Origin: Pseudomonadota bacterium
Lineage (GTDB): Bacteria; Pseudomonadota; Gammaproteobacteria; Steroidobacterales; Steroidobacteraceae
Reading direction: 5' to 3'
DNA length: 64,000 bases
Assembly (NCBI GenBank): GCA_023391335.1
Contig: JAEWBG010000059.1
Location: forward strand, 504 to 64,503
Under the pieces are notes generated by a model that worked only from the letters and a program-made list of their open reading frames with translations, had not been told where the DNA came from and did no database searches. This document shows, in pieces, positions 46,897-56,868 of the stretch (the first letter of the stretch is position 1; the number at the start of each line of letters is the position of its first letter). Made by a program: the position numbers and the translations under genes.

Positions 46897-47601
46897 GTGG
46901 AGCGACTCGTAAAAGAACGTCTGGTTGGCGCCGCAGTGCTGCTTGCAGCTGCCGTGATTCTCATTCCAGAAATGCTGTCCGGCCCGAAGCACGAGCAGGC
47001 GAGGCCGTCTGCTGCGCTTCCCGACAACTCGCCGACGAAGACTTACACGATCGATCTCAGTCAACCTGCGCAAGCCCCGGCGGTTTCAAGCGCCCCTGAG
47101 CAAGCAGAGACGACCGCTGCGCCTCCTCCCGAGTCAGCTGATTTGCAGTCGCTCACCCCGATTGAGGCGAGCCCTGAATCGACTGTGCAGCAAAGCGAAT
47201 CGACGCCTCAGGAATCTCATACGTCGACTAGCAGACCCGCACCCGACGTTCAGGCGCAAGCGTCGCGCCCCGCTGCTGCTGTACCGATGGCCGCAAAGCC
47301 CGCGCCAGAGCCGAGCGCATCCACTGCGAAACCAGCACCCGTTGCTTCCGATCGGACCGTCCCCACATCCAGGGGCTGGGCAGTTCAGCTGGGCAGCTTC
47401 TCGAAGCGAGAGACCGCGGAGCATCTGGCCCAGCAGGTCAGCAGCAAGGGGCACAAAGCGTTTGTGATGCCGGTGAAGTCAGGGAACGGTACTTTGTATC
47501 GCGTTCGAGTAGGGCCGCTGCAGGATCGGGCCGCGGCTGACGCCCTGCAGCGTCAGCTCAAGAGCGAGAACTCCGGCGCCACTGTCGTGCCTCATCCTTG
47601 A
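46897..47601 (+). CDS. dedD: SPOR-domain cell-division protein (DedD-like)
   Basis: It has an N-terminal TM segment (LVGAAVLLAAAVILIP), a Pro/Ala/Ser-rich linker and a C-terminal SPOR domain (GWAVQLGSFSKRETAEHLA...YRVRVGPL). GTG start. Confidence 0.7.
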   Translation: MERLVKERLVGAAVLLAAAVILIPEMLSGPKHEQARPSAALPDNSPTKTYTIDLSQPAQAPAVSSAPEQAETTAAPPPESADLQSLTPIEASPESTVQQSESTPQESHTSTSRPAPDVQAQASRPAAAVPMAAKPAPEPSASTAKPAPVASDRTVPTSRGWAVQLGSFSKRETAEHLAQQVSSKGHKAFVMPVKSGNGTLYRVRVGPLQDRAAADALQRQLKSENSGATVVPHP

Positions 47602-47619
47602 GCGGAATTGGGACGCTTC

Positions 47620-47650
47620 TTGGGCACGTTCGAAGGGGCACTGGTAGAAT
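47620..47650 (+). promoter_or_regulatory. candidate extended -10 sigma70 promoter for cvpA-purF
   Basis: TTGGGC (47620-47625), a 19-nt spacer, then TGG-TAGAAT (47642-47650). The spacer is longer than ideal. Confidence 0.35.
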
Positions 47651-47741
47651 CTGCGCCGCCGCATCGGCATCGCTGTATGCGAGCCTTTCGGCATTCCTCA
47701 TGTCGCCTTTCGTCCGTTAGTCTCAGTTCGCATCGCCGCCT

Positions 47742-48275
47742 ATGAATGGTGCTGATTACTTGATCTTGGGCGTGCTCGTCGCATCGATGGCCCTTGGCAT
47801 GGTGCGAGGCTTTGTGCGCGAAGCGATCGGGTTGTTGGCATGGTTGGGCGGCTTGTGGTTGGCATGGCGCTATGCGCCGTTGGTCGAGCACTACTTGGGC
47901 GGCGCAGTCGGCAAACCGCCTGCGAGCACCTGGACTGCACGTCTTTTAATTCTCCTCGCCGTGTTGATCGTCGGCTGGCTCTTTGCTGCCGCGCTGAGTT
48001 ATCTGCTCAGACATTCGGGTCTGAGCTTGCTGGTGGATCGATTGCTGGGTCTGTTCTTCGGTGTCGTACGCGGTGCCGTCGTGATTGCAGTCTTCGTCCT
48101 GCTCGCCCAGTTCGTGGAACTACCGCGCGTCGGATGGTGGAAACAATCTCGATTGCTTCCTTATGCGGAAGAAGCTGCGGGCTGGCTGCAAACCTTCGCC
48201 GAAACAGGCATGAACTTGGTTGACGTCAAGGCGCATCGCACCGATGCGAGTGGGCGTCATATCGTGAGGAGCTGA
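47742..48275 (+). CDS. cvpA: colicin V production protein CvpA (membrane protein)
   Basis: 177 aa with four hydrophobic segments. It lies immediately upstream of purF, as in E. coli. Confidence 0.8.
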   Translation: MNGADYLILGVLVASMALGMVRGFVREAIGLLAWLGGLWLAWRYAPLVEHYLGGAVGKPPASTWTARLLILLAVLIVGWLFAAALSYLLRHSGLSLLVDRLLGLFFGVVRGAVVIAVFVLLAQFVELPRVGWWKQSRLLPYAEEAAGWLQTFAETGMNLVDVKAHRTDASGRHIVRS

Positions 48276-48277
48276 TC

Positions 48278-49789
48278 ATGTGCGGTATTGTCGGAATCGT
48301 TGGCCATTCGCCTGCGAATCAACAGTTGTACGACGCACTGACGGTGCTGCAACATCGCGGTCAGGATGCTGCAGGCATCATGACCTGCCACGAAGGCGAA
48401 CTGTTTCTGCGTAAGCAGACAGGTCTGGTGCGCGATGTGTTCCAGCATCGGCACATGTTGGCGCTCAAGGGCAATATCGGCATCGGCCATGTGCGCTATC
48501 CCACCGCAGGTTGCGATACCTCCTCAGAAGCGCAGCCATTCTTCGTCAACTCACCCTACGGAATTTGCCTCGGTCACAATGGCAACCTCACGAACGCGAC
48601 TGAACTCGCTGAAGTGCTGATTCGCGAAGATCGTCGCCATCTCAACACGAGCTCGGATTCGGAAGTCCTGCTCAACGTGTTGGCGAGCGAGTTGTCGCAC
48701 GCAGGCACGCCGCGCGCTTCGGCCCAAGATATTTTCAGTGCGGTGAGCGCAGTCTATCGACGCGCGCGCGGCGGGTTTGCGGTGGTTTCGATGATCGTGG
48801 GCCATGGGTTGCTTGGATTCCGCGATCCACATGGCATTCGCCCGCTTGTTATCGGGCGCCGCGACCACGCGCAGGGTCCTGAGTACATGCTGGCATCCGA
48901 AAGCGTCGCGCTCGATCAAGCTGGATTCACTTTGTTGCGCGACGTTGGGCCGGGCGAAGCGGTGTTCATCGATGAACATGGACGCTTTTATTCGCAGCAA
49001 TGCGTGGCGGTCGATCGCCACACGCCCTGCATCTTCGAATACGTTTATTTCGCGCGACCCGATTCCATCATCGACAACATCTCGGTACATAAAGCGCGAT
49101 TGCGTATGGGCGACCTGCTTGCCGAAAAAATTCGTCGCGTCTGGCCGGATCACGACATCGATGTGGTAATTCCGATTCCCGACACGAGTCGCACCGCCGC
49201 TGTCCAAGTGGCGCAACTGCTCGGCATCAAGTATCGCGAAGGGTTCGTGAAGAATCGCTACATTGGCCGCACGTTCATCATGCCGGGTCAGGAGCAGCGC
49301 GCGAAATCGGTACGCTCGAAGCTGAATGTGATCGATCTGGAGTTCCGCGGTAAGAATGTGCTGCTGATCGATGACTCCATCGTGCGCGGTACAACTTCCG
49401 CGCAAATCATCGACCTGGCTCGTGAGGCTGGCGCGCGCCGCGTGTACTTCGCCTCCGCCGCACCGCCGGTGCGTTATGCGAACGTATATGGCATCGATAT
49501 GCCGGCGAGTTCTGAGCTCGTCGCTGCCGGGCGCACGGAAGAAGAAGTGGCACGCTTGATCGGCGCTGACCGGTTGATCTATCAGGATCTCGAAGATCTC
49601 ATCCGGGCCTGCACGCATCACGATTCGCAGATCCACGCGTTCGATGACTCGTGCTTCTCCGGCAACTACGTCACGGGCGATGTCACGCCTGAATATTTGG
49701 CGAGACTGCAACAAGAGCGCTCAGATTTGGCCAAGGCGCAGCGACGTCAAGTCAATCGCAGTTCGTTGAAAGCGATACGCGCGGTCTGA
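48278..49789 (+). CDS. purF: amidophosphoribosyltransferase
   Basis: It has the Ntn start [10 protein letters not shown] and the PRPP loop [14 protein letters not shown]. 503 aa. Confidence 0.95.
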   Translation: MCGIVGIVGHSPANQQLYDALTVLQHRGQDAAGIMTCHEGELFLRKQTGLVRDVFQHRHMLALKGNIGIGHVRYPTAGCDTSSEAQPFFVNSPYGICLGHNGNLTNATELAEVLIREDRRHLNTSSDSEVLLNVLASELSHAGTPRASAQDIFSAVSAVYRRARGGFAVVSMIVGHGLLGFRDPHGIRPLVIGRRDHAQGPEYMLASESVALDQAGFTLLRDVGPGEAVFIDEHGRFYSQQCVAVDRHTPCIFEYVYFARPDSIIDNISVHKARLRMGDLLAEKIRRVWPDHDIDVVIPIPDTSRTAAVQVAQLLGIKYREGFVKNRYIGRTFIMPGQEQRAKSVRSKLNVIDLEFRGKNVLLIDDSIVRGTTSAQIIDLAREAGARRVYFASAAPPVRYANVYGIDMPASSELVAAGRTEEEVARLIGADRLIYQDLEDLIRACTHHDSQIHAFDDSCFSGNYVTGDVTPEYLARLQQERSDLAKAQRRQVNRSSLKAIRAV

Positions 49790-49814
49790 CGCTGCTCTCA
49801 CGTCAAGTCTTCGC

Positions 49815-51098
49815 ATGAGTGCAGCAGGGCGACTGGCGAGCAACAGCGCGATCGTCGCCCCTCGCTTCCTCATAGTCAGCGACCATACGCCGCTCGCTCG
49901 CTCGCTCGAGCAACACCTCTCGATTGTCTTCCCGGATGCGGAGTGCCGCATCCATGCTCCGAAGCACTCGGGGCGATTCCATTCGGCTTTCACTGCGGTC
50001 GGTTACGACGCTGTGCTGCTCGATTATTCTGTGGACAATAATCGCGGCATCGAGTGGCTCGAAAATCTACTGCACCGGCCGGAGTTTCCGCCGGTTTTGT
50101 TCGTAGCGCCAGGCGAAGATCCTGCACTTGCCACGCGCGCGGTGGATTGTGGCGCAGTCGATTCACTCGTGCGGGAACGGATCGAAACGCGACGCATGGC
50201 GAGCGCGTTGAAAGATGCGGTGCAACGTCGACGTCACGATGTGGCACTGCTGCGAACTGGCAGTCGCTTGAACGACTTGTGCCGCTTCGGGTCGATCACG
50301 ATTCTGGGCCATCGGTTCGTCAAGGAACTCGCGACCGGCGGCACATCCATGGTTTATCTCGCCGAAAGCGAGCGCGCCGGTGAGATGGTCGTGCTCAAGG
50401 TTTTGCGAGACGAACCCAACGTGAGCTCGCACACACAGTTCCAACGCTTCCTGCAAGAGTACGAATTGATCTCGAAGATTCGTCATCCCAATGTCGTACG
50501 AATCGTCGATTTGGGAATTGCGGACGACCACGCTTACATCGCGATGGAATACTTCGCACGCGGCGACTTGCGATCCCAGATCTCTCAAGGGATGGGTCCG
50601 GTGCAGGCATTGAATTATTTAGCGCAGATGGCGAGTGCTCTGGATGCCGTGCATGACGTCGGTGTGCTGCATCGAGACTTGAAGCCGGGCAACATCATGG
50701 TGCGCACGGATGACTCAGTGGCGATCATCGATTTCGGGCTCGCGAAGCGCTCGCAACAAGCGCTGGAAATCACCGGTGCCGGAGTCATTTTCGGTACGCC
50801 GTTTTATATGAGCCCGGAGCAAGGGCACGGACGCGATCTGGACGTACGCAGCGACTTGTACAGCTTAGGCGTCGTGTTCTACGAGATGCTGACGGGGCGT
50901 AAGCCGTTCGTGGCTCCAACGCCGATGGCCGTCATTTACATGCACGGCAATGCTCCAGTGCCGGTATTGAACGAGCCGCTCGATCGCTTGCAGCCGCTCA
51001 TCGACCGGTTGCTTGCGAAAGATCCCAATGATCGTTTCGCATCCTCAGCGGAATTGATCGCCGCAATTGCTGCAATCGACCGGACCGGACTTGAATGA
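49815..51098 (+). CDS. Hanks-type Ser/Thr protein kinase with an N-terminal receiver-like domain
   Basis: Kinase blocks are VLHRDLKPGNIMV, IIDFGLAKR and FYMSPEQG. The N-terminal ~125 aa looks like a CheY fold (RFLIVSDH..., DAVLLDYSV, GAVDSLVRE) with partly degenerate signature residues. Confidence 0.75.
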   Translation: MSAAGRLASNSAIVAPRFLIVSDHTPLARSLEQHLSIVFPDAECRIHAPKHSGRFHSAFTAVGYDAVLLDYSVDNNRGIEWLENLLHRPEFPPVLFVAPGEDPALATRAVDCGAVDSLVRERIETRRMASALKDAVQRRRHDVALLRTGSRLNDLCRFGSITILGHRFVKELATGGTSMVYLAESERAGEMVVLKVLRDEPNVSSHTQFQRFLQEYELISKIRHPNVVRIVDLGIADDHAYIAMEYFARGDLRSQISQGMGPVQALNYLAQMASALDAVHDVGVLHRDLKPGNIMVRTDDSVAIIDFGLAKRSQQALEITGAGVIFGTPFYMSPEQGHGRDLDVRSDLYSLGVVFYEMLTGRKPFVAPTPMAVIYMHGNAPVPVLNEPLDRLQPLIDRLLAKDPNDRFASSAELIAAIAAIDRTGLE

Positions 51099-51709
51099 AC
51101 GCCGTCGCCATCCCGTTACCACACTCCATTCTCGCCGCCCCAACGCCGGTGCGCTGGTATGAAGTTGCCGCGGAGCGCTGGCAAGAGCTGCTGATCGACC
51201 ACGCCAATTGTGAGAAGAAGGCCGCATCGACCGCGTTGAGTTTGATTTTCACTTATCCAGAGGATGTGCAGCTGACTCAGCGCATGTCGCGCCTTGCCCG
51301 AGAAGAGTTGCGGCATTTCGAGCAAGTTCAGCAACTCATGTCTGAGCTGAAGGTCTCGTTCATTCGCATGGCGCCGTCACGCTATGCCGACGGCCTGCGT
51401 CGATCGCTGCGCAAGGATGAGCCGGGGCGTTTGTTGGATTTACTTCTGTGCGGCGCGTTGATCGAGGCTCGCTCATGCGAGCGATTCGTCGGGCTTGCTC
51501 CGCGCTTGCAGGACCCGCTTGCGAAGTTTTATGCGGCGCTTGCGCACTCTGAGGCGCGGCACGGAAGTTTGTACTTGAAGTTGGCTGAGGCGAGGGCGCA
51601 TGGAACCGATTGGCTGACAAGGCTTGCCAATCTTGCGCAAGTCGAGGCAGAGCTGATCACTAGCCCCGACCCTCAATTTCGATTCCATTCCGGCCTGCCG
51701 CAGGTCTAG
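51095..51709 (+). CDS. miaE: tRNA-(ms2io6A37)-hydroxylase MiaE (diiron, ferritin-like)
   Basis: HANCEKKAASTALSL, REELRHFE, EARSCERF and HSEARHG are diiron ExxH-type blocks. 204 aa. The ATG overlaps the kinase stop (ATGA at 51095-51098). Confidence 0.75.
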   Translation: MNAVAIPLPHSILAAPTPVRWYEVAAERWQELLIDHANCEKKAASTALSLIFTYPEDVQLTQRMSRLAREELRHFEQVQQLMSELKVSFIRMAPSRYADGLRRSLRKDEPGRLLDLLLCGALIEARSCERFVGLAPRLQDPLAKFYAALAHSEARHGSLYLKLAEARAHGTDWLTRLANLAQVEAELITSPDPQFRFHSGLPQV

Positions 51710-52443
51710 GCGGCGCGCTTGAGTCCTGCGAGTTCATAGCCGTCGCGATTCCATCGCAAGACGCTGCCTTGTTCGTACCAATCGCCGAGCACGATCCTTG
51801 TGGCGGGCTTTGCGTCCACTGAGAGCTGATGGACCGCTGGTCGGTGCGTATGCCCGTGAATCATGCAATCCACGCCGTATCGTTTGAGAGTTGCCACCAC
51901 CTCGCCTTGGTTCACGTCCATGATCTGCGGCGCGGCGCGATCCATTGCCTGGATGTGTGCTTTGCTTCCTTCGCGCATGCGCGCCGCAAGCCGTTGCCGT
52001 TGTCGCAGACTTAAGCGACGCATGACGAACTGCACGAAGGGATTGCGAACAATTCGCCGCAGTCGTTGATACGACGGATCGTCTATACACAGGGTATCGC
52101 CGTGCAGGAGCAGCACTCGGCGGCCGTATAGATCGACGACCGTGCCGTCCTCAATGAGTTCTGCTCCCGTTTCGCGAGCGAAGCGCGTGCCGAGCAGGAA
52201 GTCACGATTGCCGTGCATCACGTAACAGCGCACGCCTTTCGAGGTCGTTTGCTTGAGGGCGGCGATGATGCGGCGCTTGTCCCGGTCGGGATCGTCATCC
52301 CCAATCCAGGCTTCGAATAAATCGCCGAGGATGTAGAGCGCTTCGGCGTGGACGGCTTCGTTATCCAAGAAGCTCAAGAACTGAGCAGTGATCTCCGGAT
52401 GCGTCGCATCGAGATGCAAATCGGAGATGAAAAGCGTGGTCAC
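51706..52443 (-). CDS. lpxH: UDP-2,3-diacylglucosamine diphosphatase
   Basis: Calcineurin-like motifs TLFISDLHLD, GNRDFLLG and HGHTHRP are present. 245 aa. Confidence 0.85.
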   Translation of the reverse strand: MTTLFISDLHLDATHPEITAQFLSFLDNEAVHAEALYILGDLFEAWIGDDDPDRDKRRIIAALKQTTSKGVRCYVMHGNRDFLLGTRFARETGAELIEDGTVVDLYGRRVLLLHGDTLCIDDPSYQRLRRIVRNPFVQFVMRRLSLRQRQRLAARMREGSKAHIQAMDRAAPQIMDVNQGEVVATLKRYGVDCMIHGHTHRPAVHQLSVDAKPATRIVLGDWYEQGSVLRWNRDGYELAGLKRAA

Positions 52444-52448
52444 GAACG

Positions 52449-53063
52449 TCAGCGCTGCGTGGGAGCTGCAACGTTCGGGGCGTTTGGTTTGGCTCCCGGT
52501 GTGCCGAGTTCTTCTACCTTCTGAATGACGACGTTCTTCATCGGCGCATCGCGCTCGAAGGGTCCGACTTGGCCCGTGGCCACAGCTCCAATCTGATCTA
52601 CGACGTTCATACCTTCCACAATGCGGCCGAATACCGCGTAGCCCCAGCGGCTGGGCTTAGGATCGAGGCTCAGGTTGTCCGCAAGGTTGATATAGAACTG
52701 CGAGGTGCCGCTGTGGGGTTCGGCTGTCCGCGCCATGCCGACAGTTCCGCGCACGTTCGATAAACCGTTTCCCGATTCGTTCGGCACTGCTGCATGCGTA
52801 GGCTTTTCCACGAACTTTTCGTCGTAGCCGCCGCCCTGCGCCACAAAGTTCGCAATCACGCGATGGAAAATCGTGCCTTCATAGTGCCCAGAGCGCGCGT
52901 AGTCGAGGAAATTGCTGACGGATAGAGGAGCGCGCTCTGGATCGAGTTCGATCACGAATGCGCCGAGATTCGTCTGCACCCGCACACGAGGGGCTTGCTG
53001 CGCCTGAGCTGCGTGTGAAATCGGCAGGAGAGCGAGAGCACAGATCAAGCCGAGAATTCGCAT
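52449..53063 (-). CDS. ppiA: periplasmic peptidyl-prolyl cis-trans isomerase (cyclophilin type)
   Basis: The signal peptide is MRILGLICALALLPISHAAQA and the cyclophilin block is FHRVIANFVAQGGG. Confidence 0.85.
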   Translation of the reverse strand: MRILGLICALALLPISHAAQAQQAPRVRVQTNLGAFVIELDPERAPLSVSNFLDYARSGHYEGTIFHRVIANFVAQGGGYDEKFVEKPTHAAVPNESGNGLSNVRGTVGMARTAEPHSGTSQFYINLADNLSLDPKPSRWGYAVFGRIVEGMNVVDQIGAVATGQVGPFERDAPMKNVVIQKVEELGTPGAKPNAPNVAAPTQR

Positions 53064-53193
53064 GGTTCGGTACCGCAGTGAGAAGACGCGCGAATGGTAC
53101 CAAAGTGTCTCGCCGGATCTGGGGTTCTCAGCCGATATGCTTGCGATGGATGGGGCGTATAGAATGCGCGCTCCCCACGATCTGCCTGCCTAG

Positions 53194-54612
53194 ATGACAT
53201 CCACACCCTTCGTCACGCGCTTCGCCCCGAGTCCAACGGGCATGTTGCACCTAGGCAATGCGCGAACCGCGTTGCTCAGTTATTTGGCTGCGCGTAAGAG
53301 CGGCGGCCGCTTCATTCTGCGCATCGAAGATACCGATGAGGCACGCTCTCAGGAAAGTTACACAGAGCGCTTGCTCGAAGACCTGCGTTGGTTGGGACTC
53401 GAGTGGGACGAGGGCCCAGATGTAGGCGGGCCTCATCCTCCTTATCGCCAGCAGCAGCGCCGCGCTATTTACGAAGAGTGGTTGCAGAAACTCGATGCGT
53501 TCGGACTGACGTATCCGTGCTTCTGCACGCCTACGGAATTGAACCTCTCTCGAAAGCGTCAGTTGGCTGCGGGTAAACCGCCACGCTATCCAGGAACGTG
53601 CCGCAATTTGACCGCTGAACAGCGGGCCGAGCGTAGCCTTCGGGGATTGCCGGCGGCGCTGCGGTTCCGGGTGCCGAATGGACAGATCGTTGCATTCAAC
53701 GATCTCGTGCACGGCGAGCAGAAATTCAACTCTGACGATATCGGCGATTTCATCATCCGTCGTACCGATGGCAGTACTGCATTTTTCTTCTCGAACGCGT
53801 TGGACGATTCGTTGATGGGCGTAACGCTCGTCTTGCGTGGCGACGACCACATGACGAACACGCCACGTCAGTTGTTGATCCTGCAAGCGCTCGGACTTCC
53901 GACTCCGCAGTACGCACACGTCGCACTGCTGCTAGGTATGGATGGCGCACCGCTGTCGAAACGACATGGCGCGATGAGCCTCCAGGACCTGCGTGAACGC
54001 GGCTTCCTCGCGGGCGCGGTCAGCAATCAATTGGTGCGACTAGGTCATACCTGCGCGAGCGATGCATTTTTGGATCCGGACGCCTTAGTACGCGAGTTCG
54101 ACATCGCGCGATTGGGCAAGGCGGCTGCAAAGTTCGACGAAGCGCAGTTGCTGCATTGGCAGAGAGAGGCCGTCGCGCATCTCTCCGCAGAGGACTTTCG
54201 CAACTGGATCGGAGTGAAGTTGCCGCAGCAATTGAACGATGAGCAGATTGAAAAATTCATGACCGCGATTCGTCACAACGTTGCGTTTCCAATCGATGCT
54301 CAGCAATGGGCGGACGTGATTTTTGGTGCGGCCCCACTGATGCACGAAGAAGCTCGCGTAGCGATTCAAACTGCTGGCCCCGACTTCTTTGCGCGCGCAC
54401 ATGAAGTGTTCAGTCGCGGAGTTGCGGAGCTCAAGGAAAATACGAAGGAGCTCGGTCGCGTCACTGGGCGCAAAGGGCCGGCGCTTTTCATGCCGCTGCG
54501 CGCAGCACTAACTGGCGCAACGCATGGGCCAGAGTTGGCGCCGATCGTGGCCTTGCTGACGCCCGATCAAATTCGTGAGCGTCTGACCAGCGCTCAAAAC
54601 ATGGCCGCGTGA
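53194..54612 (+). CDS. gltX: glutamate--tRNA ligase
   Basis: The HIGH region is [19 protein letters not shown] and the KMSKS-like block is PLSKRHG. It is 472 aa, so full length rather than GluQRS. Confidence 0.9.
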   Translation: MTSTPFVTRFAPSPTGMLHLGNARTALLSYLAARKSGGRFILRIEDTDEARSQESYTERLLEDLRWLGLEWDEGPDVGGPHPPYRQQQRRAIYEEWLQKLDAFGLTYPCFCTPTELNLSRKRQLAAGKPPRYPGTCRNLTAEQRAERSLRGLPAALRFRVPNGQIVAFNDLVHGEQKFNSDDIGDFIIRRTDGSTAFFFSNALDDSLMGVTLVLRGDDHMTNTPRQLLILQALGLPTPQYAHVALLLGMDGAPLSKRHGAMSLQDLRERGFLAGAVSNQLVRLGHTCASDAFLDPDALVREFDIARLGKAAAKFDEAQLLHWQREAVAHLSAEDFRNWIGVKLPQQLNDEQIEKFMTAIRHNVAFPIDAQQWADVIFGAAPLMHEEARVAIQTAGPDFFARAHEVFSRGVAELKENTKELGRVTGRKGPALFMPLRAALTGATHGPELAPIVALLTPDQIRERLTSAQNMAA

Positions 54613-56024
54613 TGCTGATTTTCAATTCGCTGACAGGGCAGAAGGAAGAACTGCGTCCGCTCGAGCCTGGTGCTGTGCGGATTTACGTTTGTGGCGACAC
54701 CGTTTATGACTTCTGCCACATCGGTCATGCGCGCTCGAAGATGGCCTTCGATATCGTGCGGCGCTATCTCGCATTCAGTGGGCTCAAGGTGACCTTCGTT
54801 CGCAACATCACGGACATCGACGACAAGATCATCAAGCGCGCTGCCGAGAACAACGAATCCGTCCAGGCGCTCACGTCGCGTTTTATCGCTGCGATGCATG
54901 AGGATTACGATCGTCTCGGAATCTTGCGTCCGGATAGCGAGCCACGCGCAACTCACCACATCCCGACGATCATTGCGATCACGCAAAAACTGATCGAGAA
55001 AGGCTATGCGTACGTCGCGAGCAACGGTGACGTGATGTATTCGGTCGCCAAGTTCGAAGGATACGGAAAGTTATCGGGCAAGCATCTTGCCGACTTGCGT
55101 GCCGGCGCGCGTGTTGCTGTCGACGACGCAAAGCGCGATCCCCTGGACTTCGTGCTTTGGAAGCAAGCGAAACCGGGTGAGCCTTTCTGGGCTTCGCCTT
55201 GGGGCGACGGACGGCCCGGCTGGCATATCGAATGCTCGGCCATGTGTTTGGACATTCTGGGTACGCACTTCGATATTCACGGTGGCGGAACGGATTTGAA
55301 GTTTCCGCACCATGAGAATGAGATCGCACAGTCGTGTGCGGCGACGGGCGATAAATTCGCGAACATTTGGATGCACAACGGCTTCGTCAACGTCGACAAC
55401 GAAAAGATGTCGAAGTCGTTGAACAACTTTTTCCGCATTCGCGATGTGCTCGATTCGGGTCACGTTCGAGATCCGGAAGTGCTGCGCTACTTTCTGATCG
55501 CGAGTCACTATCGCGGTCCGATCAATTATTCGCTCGTGCAGATCGAACAGGCGGATGCGGCGTTAACTCGTCTGTACACCGCGCTGCGCGACGTTGACTC
55601 ATCGTGCGCTTATGAAGCTGGCGACGCGACACGACGCTTCAAAGAAGTCATGGACGATGACTTCAACACGCCCGAAGCCATCGCTGTACTACAAACGCTC
55701 GCGACAGAAGTGAACAAGGCCAAATCTGCGCAGGATCCGACCCGCGCTTCGCAACTCGCAAGAGAACTGCGCGAGTTGGGCGGCGTGTTGGGTTTGCTGC
55801 AACTTGCGCCCGAGGAATTCTTACGCAAGCCCTCGCGTGCTCCGTCCGACGCACAAGGGGCTGGCCTTAGCGACGACCAAATTGAACAGCTCATTGCTGC
55901 TCGGGCCGCGGCGAGAAAGGCGAAAGACTTCAAAGAATCCGACCGCATTCGCGATGAGCTATTGACGGCCGGCATTGCACTCGAAGACAAGCCGGGTGGC
56001 ACGACCACTTGGCGCAGGACATAA
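54609..56024 (+). CDS. cysS: cysteine--tRNA ligase
   Basis: CHIGHARS (HIGH) and KMSKSLNNF are present. 471 aa. The start (GTG 54609 or ATG 54612) overlaps the gltX stop. Confidence 0.9.
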   Translation: MMLIFNSLTGQKEELRPLEPGAVRIYVCGDTVYDFCHIGHARSKMAFDIVRRYLAFSGLKVTFVRNITDIDDKIIKRAAENNESVQALTSRFIAAMHEDYDRLGILRPDSEPRATHHIPTIIAITQKLIEKGYAYVASNGDVMYSVAKFEGYGKLSGKHLADLRAGARVAVDDAKRDPLDFVLWKQAKPGEPFWASPWGDGRPGWHIECSAMCLDILGTHFDIHGGGTDLKFPHHENEIAQSCAATGDKFANIWMHNGFVNVDNEKMSKSLNNFFRIRDVLDSGHVRDPEVLRYFLIASHYRGPINYSLVQIEQADAALTRLYTALRDVDSSCAYEAGDATRRFKEVMDDDFNTPEAIAVLQTLATEVNKAKSAQDPTRASQLARELRELGGVLGLLQLAPEEFLRKPSRAPSDAQGAGLSDDQIEQLIAARAAARKAKDFKESDRIRDELLTAGIALEDKPGGTTTWRRT

Positions 56025-56071
56025 GCGGGGCGCCCGTTCAGGTTCTCATCTGCAGTCACTCATCTTTCAAA

Positions 56072-56100
56072 TTGACGCTCTGGAGCCCCATCCGTATGAT
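56072..56100 (+). promoter_or_regulatory. candidate sigma70 promoter for the tRNA cluster
   Basis: TTGACG (56072-56077), a 17-nt spacer, then TATGAT (56095-56100). It lies 29 nt upstream of tRNA-Pro. Confidence 0.6.
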
Positions 56101-56129
56101 TCGCGGCCCGAGCGGAGCCGGGTTGCTGT

Positions 56130-56206
56130 CGGGGCATGGCGCAGTCTGGTAGCGCATCTGCTTTGGGAGCAGAGGGTCGCAGGTTCGAATCCTGCTGCCC
56201 CGACCA
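56130..56206 (+). tRNA. tRNA-Pro (anticodon TGG)
   Basis: Hand-folded cloverleaf. The acceptor stem is CGGGGCA/TGCCCCG, the anticodon arm is TCTGC-TTTGGGA-GCAGA, the T arm is GCAGG-TTCGAAT-CCTGC, and CCA is encoded. Confidence 0.9.
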
Positions 56207-56247
56207 TTCCGGTTCCTGAAGCGTTGAGTCGGTGAGTTTGGAACGCT

Positions 56248-56324
56248 GCGCCCGTAGCTCAGCTGGATAGAGCACCGGCCTTCTAAGCCGGGGGTCGCAG
56301 GTTCGAGTCCTGCCGGGCGCGCCA
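56248..56324 (+). tRNA. tRNA-Arg (anticodon TCT)
   Basis: The acceptor stem is GCGCCCG/CGGGCGC, the anticodon arm is CCGGC-CTTCTAA-GCCGG, the T arm is GCAGG-TTCGAGT-CCTGC, and CCA is encoded. Confidence 0.9.
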
Positions 56325-56371
56325 TTGGCGCGGAACGGTGGACGAGAACGTGCGAAATGACGTACGCGTCA

Positions 56372-56480
56372 TCGCAGGTTCGACAAAAATCGCCGGGAGC
56401 GATTTTTGAACAGACGTCAGGCTGGCCTCGAAGAGGTGCCGGCCAGGACGGCGAAGGCATATTTCCTGCCGGGCGCGCCA
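56372..56480 (+). pseudogene. split duplicate of the tRNA-Arg 3' part (T arm to CCA) interrupted by an 80-nt insert
   Basis: TCGCAGGTTCGA (56372-56383) is identical to 56295-56306 of tRNA-Arg. TCCTGCCGGGCGCGCCA (56464-56480) is identical to 56308-56324. The insert 56384-56463 contains the hairpin AAAAATCGC-CGGGA-GCGATTTTT (56385-56407). Confidence 0.75.
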
Positions 56481-56580
56481 CTGGCGCTGTGAGGCAGGAC
56501 GGAGTAAATGAAATTCTCTGGCGAAGCGCATTGAGCGTTACGTGAGAGTGCGGTGCAAATGCATCGCAGCATTGGACGAT

Positions 56581-56657
56581 GGTGGACGTAGCTCAGTTGG
56601 TAGAGCCCCGGATTGTGATTCCGGCCGTCGTGGGTTCGAGTCCCATCGTCCACCCCA
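56581..56657 (+). tRNA. tRNA-His (anticodon GTG)
   Basis: An extra 5' G(-1) is present. The acceptor stem is GTGGACG/CGTCCAC, the anticodon arm is CCGGA-TTGTGAT-TCCGG, and CCA is encoded. Confidence 0.9.
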
Positions 56658-56660
56658 TTC

Positions 56661-56784
56661 CTAGTGGATAGCGGATGGCGGGCAGTGACTAGGAAGAGAG
56701 TCTTCCGAGACCGCCAAAAGTAGACCGCAGCGGGAAGTTTGGGCAGTTCTTCTGACCATTCACGATCCGCCAGTCACGAGTCAC
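56661..56784. repeat. Family B palindromic element between tRNA-His and tRNA-Lys
   Basis: The left arm is CTA-GTGGATA-GCGGATG-GCGGGCA-GTGACTA-GGAAG (56661-56696). The right arm is CTTCTGACCATTCAC-GATCCGC-CAGTCAC-GAGTCAC (56749-56784). It starts 3 nt after the tRNA-His CCA and ends 8 nt before tRNA-Lys. Confidence 0.8.
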
Positions 56785-56792
56785 GTCGATGT

Positions 56793-56868
<76 letters not shown>

